Source: Synergistales bacterium (GTDB lineage Bacteria > Synergistota > Synergistia > Synergistales > JAFGMB01). Taken from it: 64,000 nucleotides of DNA. Positions 39,497-50,927 of this stretch are shown piece after piece; the stretch's first letter is position 1; each line of letters begins with the position of its first letter. Below the pieces are notes generated by a model. It was not told the DNA's origin and did not search any database. It saw nothing but the letters and a program-made list of their open reading frames with translations. The position numbers were made by a program, and so were the translations under genes. Location: contig OY762654.1 of the NCBI GenBank assembly GCA_963666205.1, forward strand, positions 1,472,001 to 1,536,000, in the 5' to 3' direction.

Positions 39497-40801
39497 ATGA
39501 AATATTTCAGGGGAGAGAAATTATCAGGATATTTTCTGTTCTTAATTATAATCCTTTTACTCACGGGGCCCCTGGCTGTTTTCTCAGCATCAGAGGAGGT
39601 TTCCGTCGAGAAATTACTGCTCCTTGTTCAGCTTGAAAACAAAACTATTAAATCATCTGCCTCCCGGCTTGAATCGACCTACTATGCAGTGAGATCTGCC
39701 GTATCTTCACAGAGACCGGCTGTGGTCATTCAGGGTACTACAAACAGCATAACCAGCGAAAATGCTGAAAACACTATCTCCGCAGGTATAACTCACCGTC
39801 TGGATATCTCCGGTATCTACTCTACCCAGGAGAAAAGTGCCATCTACGGGTACCTTGTACAGGCTGAAACTCACCGGAACCTGGTCAATGATATTCTCTC
39901 CTCTGCAGAAGCTCTTTACTGGATGGGCGTCATGGCCCTGGAGAACGTAGACCTTTACAGGAACATCCTGAAACAGAGACAGGAAAATCTCCGTATAACT
40001 GAAGAACAGTTTCGTCAGGACCTTATTCCCATGCTTGATGTTATAAGGGCTGAAACAAAGATGGAGGAAGGTATAAGTCTCCTCACACAGGCAGAATCGG
40101 ATTACAGAGACATCCTTGCCCAGCTTTCAACCCTTGTAGCAGGACTCGAAGTATCACCCTTGAAAACCAGTCTCATTCCTCCAGATATGCCAAGGGTCCG
40201 GGATGTTGAAGAAACCTGCTCAGACCGGCCGGACATAAGGTCTCTGGAATATGCCCTGGAAAAGGCAGGCAGGGACCTTGACCTTGCAGCCAAAGGCCTT
40301 TCCCCCACCCTGGATGCATTCCTGGGGTGGACAGCGTGGTCGGACTCAGAGCGTATATCCCCTGCCGAGAACGAGATCCTTCTTTCCCTGACTCTTAATG
40401 TTCCCATCACTGATGGGAATAACACAAAAAACCAGGTAAGAGAAAAAGAGGAAACCATAAAGGGCGCAAAAAGGGAACTTGAGGCACGGAAGGATAAGGC
40501 CAGGGAGGAGATAATCCTCGCACAGAACAGGTGGGAAAAGGCCCTGGCTCTCAGAAAAAGCCGGGAAAAGCAGGCCCAGCTCGCAGAAGAGGAATTGAGA
40601 ATAACCACCCTTCTTTACACTGAGGGACTGGGAAGCCAGCTGGATCTTCTCAATGCCCAGACGGAACATGTCCGGGCCAATACTGAAAGACTTGATACCA
40701 TAAAGGAACTGTACCTGGCCCTGGTGGATATGAAGCGGGCCTGCGGAACCTATGCCAGCGAATATACGGACAGGGATTGGATAAGATATCGGGAGTGGTG
40801 A
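39497..40801 (+). CDS. TolC-family outer-membrane efflux protein
   Basis: Signal peptide; helical repeats RPDI, P.LD, P..DG, Y..GL.SQLDLL.A. Confidence 0.8.
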   Translation: MKYFRGEKLSGYFLFLIIILLLTGPLAVFSASEEVSVEKLLLLVQLENKTIKSSASRLESTYYAVRSAVSSQRPAVVIQGTTNSITSENAENTISAGITHRLDISGIYSTQEKSAIYGYLVQAETHRNLVNDILSSAEALYWMGVMALENVDLYRNILKQRQENLRITEEQFRQDLIPMLDVIRAETKMEEGISLLTQAESDYRDILAQLSTLVAGLEVSPLKTSLIPPDMPRVRDVEETCSDRPDIRSLEYALEKAGRDLDLAAKGLSPTLDAFLGWTAWSDSERISPAENEILLSLTLNVPITDGNNTKNQVREKEETIKGAKRELEARKDKAREEIILAQNRWEKALALRKSREKQAQLAEEELRITTLLYTEGLGSQLDLLNAQTEHVRANTERLDTIKELYLALVDMKRACGTYASEYTDRDWIRYREW

Positions 40802-40806
40802 TCTCC

Positions 40807-41901
40807 ATGAGAAAGAACAAGGGAAAAATCAGGATATTTTATTTTATTGTCGTTTTACTGATCCTCGGTGGACTATTTACAGGATTTCGTTTTATTGCTG
40901 CCAGAAGAGCAAAGGAGGAAGTTCCTCCCAGCGTTGCTGACATACGGGCTGAGAAGGGCATACCTGTCAGGGTCGCTAAAGTAGAAGCCCTGCCATGGCA
41001 GGTCTGGAAAAGGTATTACGGACAGGTCAGGGCATCAAGGACACAGGACGTTACATCCTTCGTGAGAGAGTTCATCGTTGAAGTCCCCGTGGATGTGGGG
41101 GATAAGGTCAGGACCGGAGACGTCCTTCTTGAACTGTCAACTGAAACCCAGGCCTTTGATCTTTCTGCCAGGGTCGCAGACTACCAGGAGGCGAAAAGGG
41201 ACTACGAAAGAAAACTTGCTCTCAGCAAGGCCGGCGGTCTATCAAAACAGGAAGTTGAAAAAGCCTACGTAACCATGGAACAGAAAAGATCCCTTGTGAG
41301 AGATGTCCAGACCAAGGTTTCTCGTACAAAGGTATATGCAAAAATAGATGGGACCGTAACCTATCGTGATGCCGAGGTGGGAGAAATAGCCGAATCGGGC
41401 AAACGGGTAATGGCGGTCGCCGACACGGAACATCTGGAAGTTGAAGTTCTTCTTCCCCCTCTGGAAATAGGACGTATTAAAAAAGGGATTACTGTAAGAA
41501 TAAGTCTCCAGGACAGGACCTGCCCCGAGATGAAGGTCTGCGAGGGAACCGTTCTCAGGCTCGACCCCGAGGCTGATCCCAGCACCGGGTTATATAAATG
41601 CATAGTGGAACTCACCCGTGGAGCGGACTTTCCTCCAGGATCATACGTGGAAACGGAATTTCTCATAGATGACAGGCCTCAAGTTATACAGATACCTTAC
41701 GAGATCATCGACCGGGAAGGCAGCAGAACCTTCGTTTACGTCATTGAGGATGAAAGGGCCTTCAAACGCTACATCCAGACAGGTGAAGGTGTTGACCGGA
41801 TGATGGAAGTTGTTCAGGGACTTTCTGCCGGGGAAACAATCGTTGTTGAAGGTATGGATAACATCTTCGACAGCGCTCAGGTATGGATCCAGGAACCATA
41901 A
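40807..41901 (+). CDS. RND efflux membrane fusion protein
   Basis: N-terminal TM; lipoyl-like VDVGDKV..GD; GL..GE.IV.EG. Confidence 0.88.
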   Translation: MRKNKGKIRIFYFIVVLLILGGLFTGFRFIAARRAKEEVPPSVADIRAEKGIPVRVAKVEALPWQVWKRYYGQVRASRTQDVTSFVREFIVEVPVDVGDKVRTGDVLLELSTETQAFDLSARVADYQEAKRDYERKLALSKAGGLSKQEVEKAYVTMEQKRSLVRDVQTKVSRTKVYAKIDGTVTYRDAEVGEIAESGKRVMAVADTEHLEVEVLLPPLEIGRIKKGITVRISLQDRTCPEMKVCEGTVLRLDPEADPSTGLYKCIVELTRGADFPPGSYVETEFLIDDRPQVIQIPYEIIDREGSRTFVYVIEDERAFKRYIQTGEGVDRMMEVVQGLSAGETIVVEGMDNIFDSAQVWIQEP

Positions 41902-41902
41902 C

Positions 41903-41935
41903 AATTTTAGATTTTAGATTTTAGATTTTGGATTA
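41903..41935 (+). repeat. Heptamer tandem array (ATTTTRG)4, left arm of an inverted repeat
   Basis: A-ATTTTAG-ATTTTAG-ATTTTAG-ATTTTGG-ATTA. Confidence 0.9.
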
Positions 41936-42082
41936 GAAGCAAAACCTGAAAAATTAAAAACAAGAAAAGAGAAATTTGGAATTTTAGAATAAAACCCAAC
42001 AATAAAAGATTGCATTTTAGATTGAAACCCCAAAAAGAACATCAAATCAATTCAAGACTTTACAATTTAGAGGGGATGCAGC

Positions 42083-42451
42083 ATGGACGAAAAAACATTC
42101 AAAAACAGAACAAAGCAAATAGCCCTTGATTTTATTACATTGATCGACAAACTACCCAAAACAAGTTCAGGATCAGTCATAGGAAAGCAGTTACTCCGAT
42201 CATCAACGTCTGTCGGAGCGAATTATAGAGCAGCATGCAGGGGAAAATCTGTTGCAGATGTTATTTCAAAAATGTCCATTGTGGAAGAAGAAGCAGATGA
42301 GACACTTTACTGGTGTGAACTTCTTAGAGAATCTGGATTATTTTCTGAAGAAAACATTATGCCTCTTGAAAAAGAAATGAATGAGATCCTGGCCATGACA
42401 GTGGCTTCGATAAAGACACTTCGATCAAAACAGAAGAGGAAGAAGGATTAG
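42083..42451 (+). CDS. Four-helix-bundle protein (23S rRNA IVP-like family)
   Basis: KQLLRSSTSVGANYRAA, KMSIVEEEADETLYW. Confidence 0.9.
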   Translation: MDEKTFKNRTKQIALDFITLIDKLPKTSSGSVIGKQLLRSSTSVGANYRAACRGKSVADVISKMSIVEEEADETLYWCELLRESGLFSEENIMPLEKEMNEILAMTVASIKTLRSKQKRKKD

Positions 42452-42641
42452 GAGCTTTTTTTAAAATAAGAGCTTGAATTGTTTTTGACTTCGGGATCTA
42501 ATCCAAAATTGTTCTAGCTGTACTGTGTTTCAGGTCTTGGTTTTAAAGGTTTTGGTTTGGGGTCTTAATCCAAAGTCTAAAATCCAAAATGAACTTAATA
42601 CTTCGCGTTAATGGTTTCCCGGGTTTTGGAATTTACGTTTT

Positions 42642-42674
42642 TAATCCAAAATCCAAAATCTAAAATCCAAAATT
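42642..42674 (-). repeat. Heptamer tandem array, right arm (31/33 nt complementary to the left arm)
   Basis: TAAT-CCAAAAT-CCAAAAT-CTAAAAT-CCAAAAT-T; partial copies near 42497 and 42566. Confidence 0.9.
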
Positions 42675-42752
42675 AGAATGATGCTTTCATCAAAAACAAA
42701 GGAAACAGAAATGCACATGGTTTATGAAGCTTTTCTCTAAAAGGAGACAGGG

Positions 42753-45700
42753 ATGGGAATAATTCGGGCTTTTGTAAGAAGGCCGGTCTTAACAAGCGTA
42801 ACGGTCCTCATGGCTGTATTCATAGGAATATATGCATACTTTGAACTGGGGGTGGAACTCCTTCCCCGGGTGGATATTCCCGTGGTGGTAGTCCAGACCT
42901 CTTACAGGGGAGCCGGTCCCAATGAGATAGAGAATCTCATCTCCAAACCGGTAGAAGATGCCGTAGCACAGGTCGAAGGTGTAAAAAAGATCGAAAGCTA
43001 TTCCGTGGAAGGCATTTCCTTCGTTGTAGCCGATTTTGAATATGATATAAATCTTTCCGAAGCAACCCTGGATGTTTCAAACAGGGTGAAGGCCATAGCA
43101 GGTCTCCTGCCCGATGATGCCGATGATCCCATCGTCGAAAAGTTCGATATAAATGCTCAGCCCTTTATGACCCTGGCAGTACTCTCCTCTGCTCCCCAGG
43201 AAGAAGCCTATACCGTTGTGGAAGACAGGATACAGAGACAGATCACCCAGATAAAAGGTCTCGCAAAGGCAGATATCCTTGGAGGCATAAAAAGGGAGAT
43301 CCATATCTATGTAGACCCATCCTATATGGAACAGTTCGGTATCAACCTGCAGGATCTGACCCGCATTCTTGCTGCGAACAACCTTAATGACCCATCAGGA
43401 CACATTTCCAAGGGGGCAAAGGAGCTTTCCATAAGGGTTCTTGGAGAAGTGGAAGACCCAAAAGAGCTGGAGGATATCAGAATTCCCCTTCAGAACGGGT
43501 ATTCCGTCAGGATAGGCGATTCGCGCGGGTGGTAGACACCACTGAAGAGAGAAGGAGTTTTGCCAGATACAGGGGCAGAAGCGCGATCTTTATCGACTGT
43601 ATCGCCAGCCCCAATGCAAACATAGTAGGAATAAGCGAGAAAATACAGGTAGAACTGGACAGAATAAGGCAGTACATGCCTCCCGGATATGAGATCATAA
43701 TTACCAATGATGAATCTACCTTCATTTCAGAGGCCGTAAGGAACGTTTTCCGCGACATGGGCTTCGGTATACTGCTTACCGCCCTGATACTGTATATGTT
43801 TCTGATGAGATTCTCCGTTACCCTTGTGGTGGCCCTGTCCATGCCTACTGCAGTGGTGGCTACCTTTATTCTCCTCTTCACCAGCGGAACCACCCTTAAC
43901 ATAATGAGTACCCTTGGTTTGGCCATCTCCATCGGAGTTCTTGTAAACAACGCTATTCTCGTGATAGAAAACATCTTCCGTTTTCGTGATATGGGCCTTG
44001 ACGCCATGGAAGCAGCGGAAAAGGGGACCGGTGAAATAGGTCTTTCTGTACTCTCCACGACAGTAACCAACCTGGCCGTCTTTATTCCGGTGGTATTTAT
44101 GGGAGGTATTGTTGGACAGTTTTTCAGCGACTTTGCCATCACAGTCGTATTTGCTACGCTCTTCAGCCTGTGGGTGGCCCTGACATTTACACCCATGGTG
44201 GCTGCACGGATACATTACGGAGAACCTTCGAAGATCAGCAGATTCCTGACGGGATGGTTCCAGTGGATCTACTCTCATTTTGACACTCTTCATCATGTCC
44301 TGGTGAAAAGGACCCTGAGGCATCCCTTTCTGACACTAATCCTTTTCCTCCTTCTTTTTACAGGTTCCATAATGCTGGCCGGATATGTGGGAACGGAATT
44401 CCTCCCGAGGGCTGACCAGGGAGTGGTCACTATGGAGATATCCCTTCCATCGGCGGTATCCCTTGAATATACCGAAATGATAACAAGGCAGGTCGAAGAC
44501 TATGTCACGAAACTTCCCGACATCAAGGCTGTAGAAGTCCTTGCAGGAGGAACCGGAGCCGAACAGGGAGTTAATCAGGCAAGAATAAGGATCTTCATGA
44601 ATGAAAAAAAGGGACGGGTCACAACTTTTGAAATATCGGAAATGGTAAGACCCTTCATGGCCTCCCTTCCCGACGTGACCTCTGTGATAAGTGCTTCAAC
44701 AAGCGGAGGCCCTCCTGGCAGAGCTCTCCAGATAGGTGTAATAGGAGACGAGATCGAAGAACTGGACAGGATATCCCAAAAAATGCTGAACATCATGAGA
44801 GCTACTCCGGGTATAGTGGATGCCGATGTAAACTGGGAACTCGGCCGCCCCGAAATTACCCTTCAGGCAAACCGTTGGAGGCTGGCCCAGCTGGACCTGA
44901 GCGTTTCGGAACTTGCAGATACGTCAAGAACCTACGTTACAGGCAAAGATGCCGGTGTCTTCCGTACAGGAGGAAAGGAATACGATATCCTTGTCAGGCT
45001 TGAACCATCCAAAGTAGATAATGTTTTTGACCTTCCAGGCCTCCCTGTTCCTACAAAGAGCGGTTTCGTTCCCCTGGGTGTGGTTGCCAACGTGGGATAC
45101 AGCCTGGGTCCCACCACAATCCTTCGAAAGGACAGGAACCGCTACATGGCCGTTGATGCCGACGTATCTGGAATAACCGTCGGAGAGGCCTTCAACCAGG
45201 TTCTGCCGAAGATCCAACAGATAGAACTTCCTCCCGGCTACAGGTTCGACTTTGCCGGTGAAGTGGAAAGCATTCAGGAGAACTTCAGATTCATGTTCCT
45301 GGCATTTGGAATGGCTGTGGTGCTGACATTCATGGTCATTGCAGCTATCCTGGAATCCTACCTGTTCTCTTTCATAATAATGCTCACCATACCCCTTTCA
45401 GCCATTGGGGTTATCCCTCTCCTTTTCATAACAGACATAGCTGTTTCCGTATATGGACTTCTGGGAGTAATCATGCTTGTGGGACTTGTGGTTAACAATG
45501 CCATAGTCATAATCGACTATGCTGAAAGACAGCGCAGAAATGGACTGAAACCCTACGATGCCATCCTTGAGGCTTGCCAGGTAAGGCTTCGGCCCATCGT
45601 CATGGCAGACATAACCTCCATCATCGCCATGCTGCCACTGGCCCTGGGACTGGGAGCTGGTGGTCCCTTCCGTCAGCCCATGGCCATAGTCGTAATAGGA

Positions 45701-45802
45701 GGTCTGCTTGCCGGCGGGACCCTTGCCCTCTTCGTTATCCCTCCAGTTTACGAAAGGGTCTGGGCCTTCCGTGAATGGCATCAGAACCGCAAGCCACGCT
45801 GA
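42753..45802 (+). pseudogene. AcrB/AcrD/AcrF-family RND permease split by a frameshift near 43520 (or sequencing error)
   Basis: The 260-aa and 757-aa ORFs are consecutive parts of one RND protein; GVLVNNAI, GLVVNNAI, RLRPIVM motifs. Confidence 0.85.
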
Positions 45803-45922
45803 TCTCCAGAATTCTCTATTCTTGAAGTCCAGTTTCAGAACTGTTTGCTCAACTTCTGGTTCCTTACTTTTCTGTTAAAAAAGGATATACTCAGTCTGCA
45901 ACCAATGTAAGGAGGGATATAT

Positions 45923-46864
45923 ATGCTTGTTTTCGGACCTGTACCATCAAGAAGGCTGGGGAAGAGCCTTGGGATAAACCATATTCCGCCAAAGACCTGT
46001 CCCTACTCATGCATCTACTGCCAGGTAGGCAGGACCAACTCCATGATCGTAGACCGCAAAGCCTTTTACGATCCGGAAATTGTGGTTGCCGAGGTTAAAA
46101 ATAAAATTACCCTTTCAAGAGAAAAGAATGAACAGATAGATTACCTTACCTTCGTTCCCGACGGGGAGCCAACCCTTGATATAAATCTGGGCCTTATGGC
46201 TGGCATGCTCAAAGATACCGGTATCCCCCTGGCCACCATATCCAACGGTTCTCTCATATGGATGGAAGACGTCCAGGCCGACCTGCAAAAACTGGACTGG
46301 GTTTCACTCAAAACCGATTCGGTGGTAAAGGATGCATGGAAAAGAGTTGACCGTCCCCATGGAAAGCTGGACCTGAGAAAAATACTGGATGGTTACCTTG
46401 AGTTTTCCGAAAAATTCGAAGGGAAACTGAACACAGAGACCATGCTGGTGAAGGGCGTAAACGACTCGGAATATTCCCTTAACGAAACTGCCGCCTTCCT
46501 GGCCGAGTTAAACCCCGACATAGCTTACATCTCCATTCCCACCAGGCCTCCCGCAGAAGAGAAGGTCCTTCCAGCTGATGAAGAGACTTTAAACAGAGCC
46601 TTTCATATCTTCTCTGAGAAATTGAACAAGGTGGAACTGCTCTTCGGTTACGAAGGAAACGAATTCGCCGCCACGGGAAATGCAGCCGAGGATATCCTGA
46701 GCATTACGGCAGTCCACCCAATGAGATCCGATGCGGTTGAGGAACTGCTGAAGAACTCGGGAGAAAACTGGAGTGTTGTAAAACAGCTGGTCTCTGAAGG
46801 AAAACTGCTCGAATTGCCCTACCGGGAAAAAGTCTTTTATTTGAGATCCATGAAGAAGGGCTAA
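45923..46864 (+). CDS. Radical SAM protein of unknown function
   Basis: FGPVPSRRLG.SLG, CPYSCIYC, GEPTL, RPPAE. Confidence 0.88.
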   Translation: MLVFGPVPSRRLGKSLGINHIPPKTCPYSCIYCQVGRTNSMIVDRKAFYDPEIVVAEVKNKITLSREKNEQIDYLTFVPDGEPTLDINLGLMAGMLKDTGIPLATISNGSLIWMEDVQADLQKLDWVSLKTDSVVKDAWKRVDRPHGKLDLRKILDGYLEFSEKFEGKLNTETMLVKGVNDSEYSLNETAAFLAELNPDIAYISIPTRPPAEEKVLPADEETLNRAFHIFSEKLNKVELLFGYEGNEFAATGNAAEDILSITAVHPMRSDAVEELLKNSGENWSVVKQLVSEGKLLELPYREKVFYLRSMKKG

Positions 46865-46920
46865 GACAAAGCTAACATTAAATCCCCAAATATCTGCTAC
46901 ATAGTATCTGGAGTAAGCTC

Positions 46921-48117
46921 TTATCTCGACGAGAGATATTCCCTTCTGTACCAGTCGATATACCAGTTAAGGAATTGCCTGTGTTTTTCTCTGCTCTCCG
47001 GTAAAATATTTACAGCCAGTTCATACATTCTATCCCACATATTCCTGCTTGCTATAGGAATAGACAGACTGGAGAGGTTTTCCCTGATCACTTCGATGAA
47101 AGGCTCAGGAACAGGGAAGCCCCAATCTGAAGGATCTTCGCCATGAATCAACAGCGATACGATCCCTCTTAAACATTTTTCACAAAGGGCACAGTTCTTT
47201 ACAGCGTTACCACTCATGCTATCCAGACAGACCCTCATAAAAAGCTTATCCTTTCCCGGGTTGTCCCTGCAAAAATTTATTATGAATTGGACTTTGTCCA
47301 CCCAGAAAGAATTCATTCCTTCCGCAAATACCCTGATACCGCTAACTTTAAGCCTTGGTTCAAGAAAAGGATGGGCTCCCCATGGCACATTATATGACAC
47401 TTTCTTCGCTACAGAAGAGGAGAAAATAACTGTATTCCAACCATTAAAAACAGCAAGAGGAAAAGCCAGTCCTGCTAATCCAAGTCCATGCTGCACCATT
47501 CCATACCATGGTTTGAGAACGGGATATTTTTTATGTATATCTCCACACCGCAGAAGTCCAAAGACATTTGCGCTTACCCTGATCGACCTGAAAGTAAACC
47601 GGGAGGCAAAAGAATCCACCTGGCTACAGACGGTCTCCCATGCCAGGTCATTATTCAGTGCAATGTCGTGACCGCGTACGGTAAGAAGCACAGTTTTGCC
47701 GGGATCGACATTGAGAGCCGAATAGGTGGAATCCACCCCTCCTGAAAAGAAAAGTACCTGGGACAGGTCTGTCGTATTTTCTCTCATGGGGACAGAAGTT
47801 AAAGTTTCAGGAATAAGCCGGCCCTCCCATGGAACATTCGGATAAAGGGTCCGAAATCCTTCCCGGACCAGTTCAAGGCTGGAAAAAAGATCCTTATCCA
47901 TAAAATCCACCTTATATGTTCCGCCAAGAAACCAGAGAAGGGGAATTACATTCAGCAGAAAAGGTGTGATGACTATTGAAGGATGCAGTTCCCGGAGGTC
48001 AATATCTGCATCGTATTCTATGGTTAAAGGCTGTCTCATTCTTTTAATCAGTGGATCCCCCTGAAAGACTGTAGCTTTTTTCTCGCTTATATCAATATGG
48101 GAAATAATATTATCCAT
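46921..48117 (-). CDS. PP-loop (QueC-like) ATPase-fold protein, paralog 3
   Basis: FFSGGVDS; C-terminal RVC...NCxxCEKC. Confidence 0.7.
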   Translation of the reverse strand: MDNIISHIDISEKKATVFQGDPLIKRMRQPLTIEYDADIDLRELHPSIVITPFLLNVIPLLWFLGGTYKVDFMDKDLFSSLELVREGFRTLYPNVPWEGRLIPETLTSVPMRENTTDLSQVLFFSGGVDSTYSALNVDPGKTVLLTVRGHDIALNNDLAWETVCSQVDSFASRFTFRSIRVSANVFGLLRCGDIHKKYPVLKPWYGMVQHGLGLAGLAFPLAVFNGWNTVIFSSSVAKKVSYNVPWGAHPFLEPRLKVSGIRVFAEGMNSFWVDKVQFIINFCRDNPGKDKLFMRVCLDSMSGNAVKNCALCEKCLRGIVSLLIHGEDPSDWGFPVPEPFIEVIRENLSSLSIPIASRNMWDRMYELAVNILPESREKHRQFLNWYIDWYRREYLSSR

Positions 48118-48191
48118 TCTCGATCAAGTTCTCCTATTGTATAACTGCTCTCTGATTCCCAACCTTTCAGGCAAAAGAATTACAGATAATT

Positions 48192-49439
48192 TTAGCTACT
48201 GGCCTTGCTGGATGAACAAGGATAAATTTTCTCCGTCTGAAAAATGTACTTCTTTTCGTACCAGTTCGTAAACCAGTTGATGAATTCTCTATGTTCTCCC
48301 CTGATTTCCGGAAAAGCCGACAAAACCTGTAGGGCCACCTTGTGGATGCGGTCCCAGATATATTTGTTAGATCGTGGAATAGTCATGGTTAAAAGACAGT
48401 TCTTCAGGCTGTTGAATACAGGATCCGGGACAGGAAAGCCCCAGTCAGAAGGATCTTCAAACTTGATCATCAATGAAACTATCCCTCTTAAACATTTCTC
48501 ACAAAGAGTGCAGTTCCCTATTGCATTTCCATTCATGTCATCCAGACATATTCTCAAAAAAGGCCTTGCCACTCCTGGATTACTGCTGAAAAAATCGACA
48601 ATGGCCAGAACTTTATCGACCCAGAATAGCTCTGTTCCCTCTGAAATAACCTTAACTCCATTAACTTTAAGCCTGGGTTCAAGAAAAGGATGGGATCCCC
48701 AGGGAACATGGGTAACCTGCTCTCCGACGGAAGAAGAAAAAATGACATTATCCCAGCTGTTATAAACAGCAAGAGGGAAAGCCAGCCCCGCTAATCCCGA
48801 CCCATGTTGAACCATTCCATACCATGGTTTTAAAACGGGGTATTCTTTATGTATATCTCCACATCGTAAAAGGCGGAACACGTTAGCCCTTACCCTGGCG
48901 GTTCTGAAATTGAAGGCGGAGGCAAAGCTGTTCACATGGGAACATACTGTATCCCATGCCAGGTCATTATTCATGGCAATATCGTGACCACGTACGGTCA
49001 GAAGGACCGTTTTGCCAGGGTCAACATTGAGAGCCGAATAAGTAGAATCTACTCCTCCTGAAAAGAAAAGAACCTGGGACAGGTCTGTGTTATTTTTTCT
49101 CCTGGGAACAGAAGTTAAAGTATCAGGAACAAGCCGGCCTTCCCAGGGAACATTCGGATAAAGGGTCCTGAAGCCTTCCTTGATCTGTTCCAGAGTACTG
49201 AACATGTCTTCATCCATGGAATTTACTGTACAGGTTCCACCAAGAAACCAGAGAAGGGGAATTACATTAAGCAGAAAGGGGGTGATCACTATTGAAGGAT
49301 CCAGTTCCCGGAGGTCAATATCTGCATCGTACTCTATTGTGAAGGGCTGTCTCATCCGCTCAGCAAGAGGAGTTCCCGGAAATACTGTGGCTTTTTTCTC
49401 GCTTACATCAATGTTGGTAATAATGTTATTTATTCTCAA
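48192..49439 (-). CDS. PP-loop (QueC-like) ATPase-fold protein, paralog 2
   Basis: Same motifs; TTG start. Confidence 0.7.
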   Translation of the reverse strand: MRINNIITNIDVSEKKATVFPGTPLAERMRQPFTIEYDADIDLRELDPSIVITPFLLNVIPLLWFLGGTCTVNSMDEDMFSTLEQIKEGFRTLYPNVPWEGRLVPDTLTSVPRRKNNTDLSQVLFFSGGVDSTYSALNVDPGKTVLLTVRGHDIAMNNDLAWDTVCSHVNSFASAFNFRTARVRANVFRLLRCGDIHKEYPVLKPWYGMVQHGSGLAGLAFPLAVYNSWDNVIFSSSVGEQVTHVPWGSHPFLEPRLKVNGVKVISEGTELFWVDKVLAIVDFFSSNPGVARPFLRICLDDMNGNAIGNCTLCEKCLRGIVSLMIKFEDPSDWGFPVPDPVFNSLKNCLLTMTIPRSNKYIWDRIHKVALQVLSAFPEIRGEHREFINWFTNWYEKKYIFQTEKIYPCSSSKASS

Positions 49440-49545
49440 TAAATTTTCCTGCCTGTATCTCAGATATATAGTCTCTATGGTTCACTAATGATGAATAACC
49501 TTCATTACAGTTTCCCTCTTAACAAAACCGATCATGTCTTCGTAC

Positions 49546-50739
49546 TTAAATTATATATTGATTTTCATACCAATTAACAAACCAGTTGAAGAACTGTCTG
49601 TATTCTCCTCTACTTTCCGTTAAAGCTCTTGAAGCCAGAGCATGGATGCGATCCCACTCATATATATTGAACTCGGGAATTGTCATATATAACAGAGAGT
49701 TCTGTACAGCACCAAATAAGGGACTCTCCACAGAAAATCCCCATTCTGAAGGATCCTCAGACCTTACCATAAGGGAAACGATCCCCCTCAGACATTTCTC
49801 ACAAAGGGTGCAATTCTTGACAGGATTGCCGTTCATGTCATCCAGACAGGTTCTAATAAAAGGTTTATTCATCTCCGGATTATTCCTGTAAAAATCGACA
49901 ATGCCTAATACTTTGTCAGCCCATAAAAGTTCATTACCCTCTGATATCACCTTAATACCATTCGCTTTGAGCCTTGGTTCAAGAAAGGGGTGAGATCCCC
50001 AGGAAACATGGGTTGTTTTTTCATCTATAGATGAAGAAAATATTATTCTTTCCCAACCATGATAAACAGACAGGGGAAAGGCCAGACCCGCTAATCCCGA
50101 CCCATGTTGAACCATTCCATACCATGGTTTCAATTCAGGGTGTTCCTTGTGTATATCTCCACATCTTAAAAGTCCAAAAACATTTGCACTGGCCCTCGCA
50201 GTCCTGAAGTTAAAAGTTGAGGCAAAATCGTTCACCTGTGAACATACTGTTTTCCAGGCTTTGTCATTATTCAGTGCTATATCATGACCTCGTATTGTAA
50301 GAAGTACCGTTTTGCCGGGATCGACATTGAGAGCAGAATAGGTGGAATCCACCCCTCCTGAAAAGAAAAGTACCTGGGACAGGTCTGTGTTATTTTTTCT
50401 CCTGGGAACAGAAATTAAAGTTTCCGGAATAAGCTGGCCTTTCCAGGGTATATTCGGATAAAGGATTCGGAATCCATTCCGAACGAGCTCAAGGCTGGAG
50501 AAAAGATCCTCATCCATGGAATCCACCTTATATGTTCCACCCAGAAACCAGAGAAGGGGAATAACATTGAGGAGAAAGGGAGTTATAACAATCGAGAGAT
50601 CCAGTTCCCGGAGGTCAATATCTGCATCGTACTCTATTGTGAAGGGCTGTCTCATCCGCTCAGCAAGAGGAGTTCCCGGAAATACTGTGGCTTTTTTCTC
50701 GCTTACATCAATGTTGGAAATAATGTTAGACAGATTCAA
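49546..50739 (-). CDS. PP-loop (QueC-like) ATPase-fold protein, paralog 1
   Basis: TTG at 50739 with GGAG SD aligns with the starts of the other paralogs. Confidence 0.7.
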   Translation of the reverse strand: MNLSNIISNIDVSEKKATVFPGTPLAERMRQPFTIEYDADIDLRELDLSIVITPFLLNVIPLLWFLGGTYKVDSMDEDLFSSLELVRNGFRILYPNIPWKGQLIPETLISVPRRKNNTDLSQVLFFSGGVDSTYSALNVDPGKTVLLTIRGHDIALNNDKAWKTVCSQVNDFASTFNFRTARASANVFGLLRCGDIHKEHPELKPWYGMVQHGSGLAGLAFPLSVYHGWERIIFSSSIDEKTTHVSWGSHPFLEPRLKANGIKVISEGNELLWADKVLGIVDFYRNNPEMNKPFIRTCLDDMNGNPVKNCTLCEKCLRGIVSLMVRSEDPSEWGFSVESPLFGAVQNSLLYMTIPEFNIYEWDRIHALASRALTESRGEYRQFFNWFVNWYENQYII

Positions 50740-50927
50740 AGAATGTTTCTCTCCATTTCTTGATATCACAGGATGAGACTTTTTTCTGCAGTAAACATGA
50801 ATTATTATTATAATATATGAAATTCCGGCAGTACAAGCTGAGACAAACACCAGGTCCGGAGTAAGAATATCCCTGTAATTGTCCTTGGCAAGTATAAATG
50901 CTTCTGACAATTGAGAAAAGCGAGTGA

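Noticed and set aside
42083-42451. Four-helix-bundle gene as Avd of a diversity-generating retroelement
   Set aside because: No reverse transcriptase or template/variable repeat pair in the window.
41903-42674. Repeat arrays as a CRISPR locus
   Set aside because: 7-nt tandem units with no spacers and no cas genes.
50925-50927. In-frame TGA upstream of the PCP-TE as a fourth Sec codon
   Set aside because: Not in a Cys/redox motif context and no convincing downstream hairpin.
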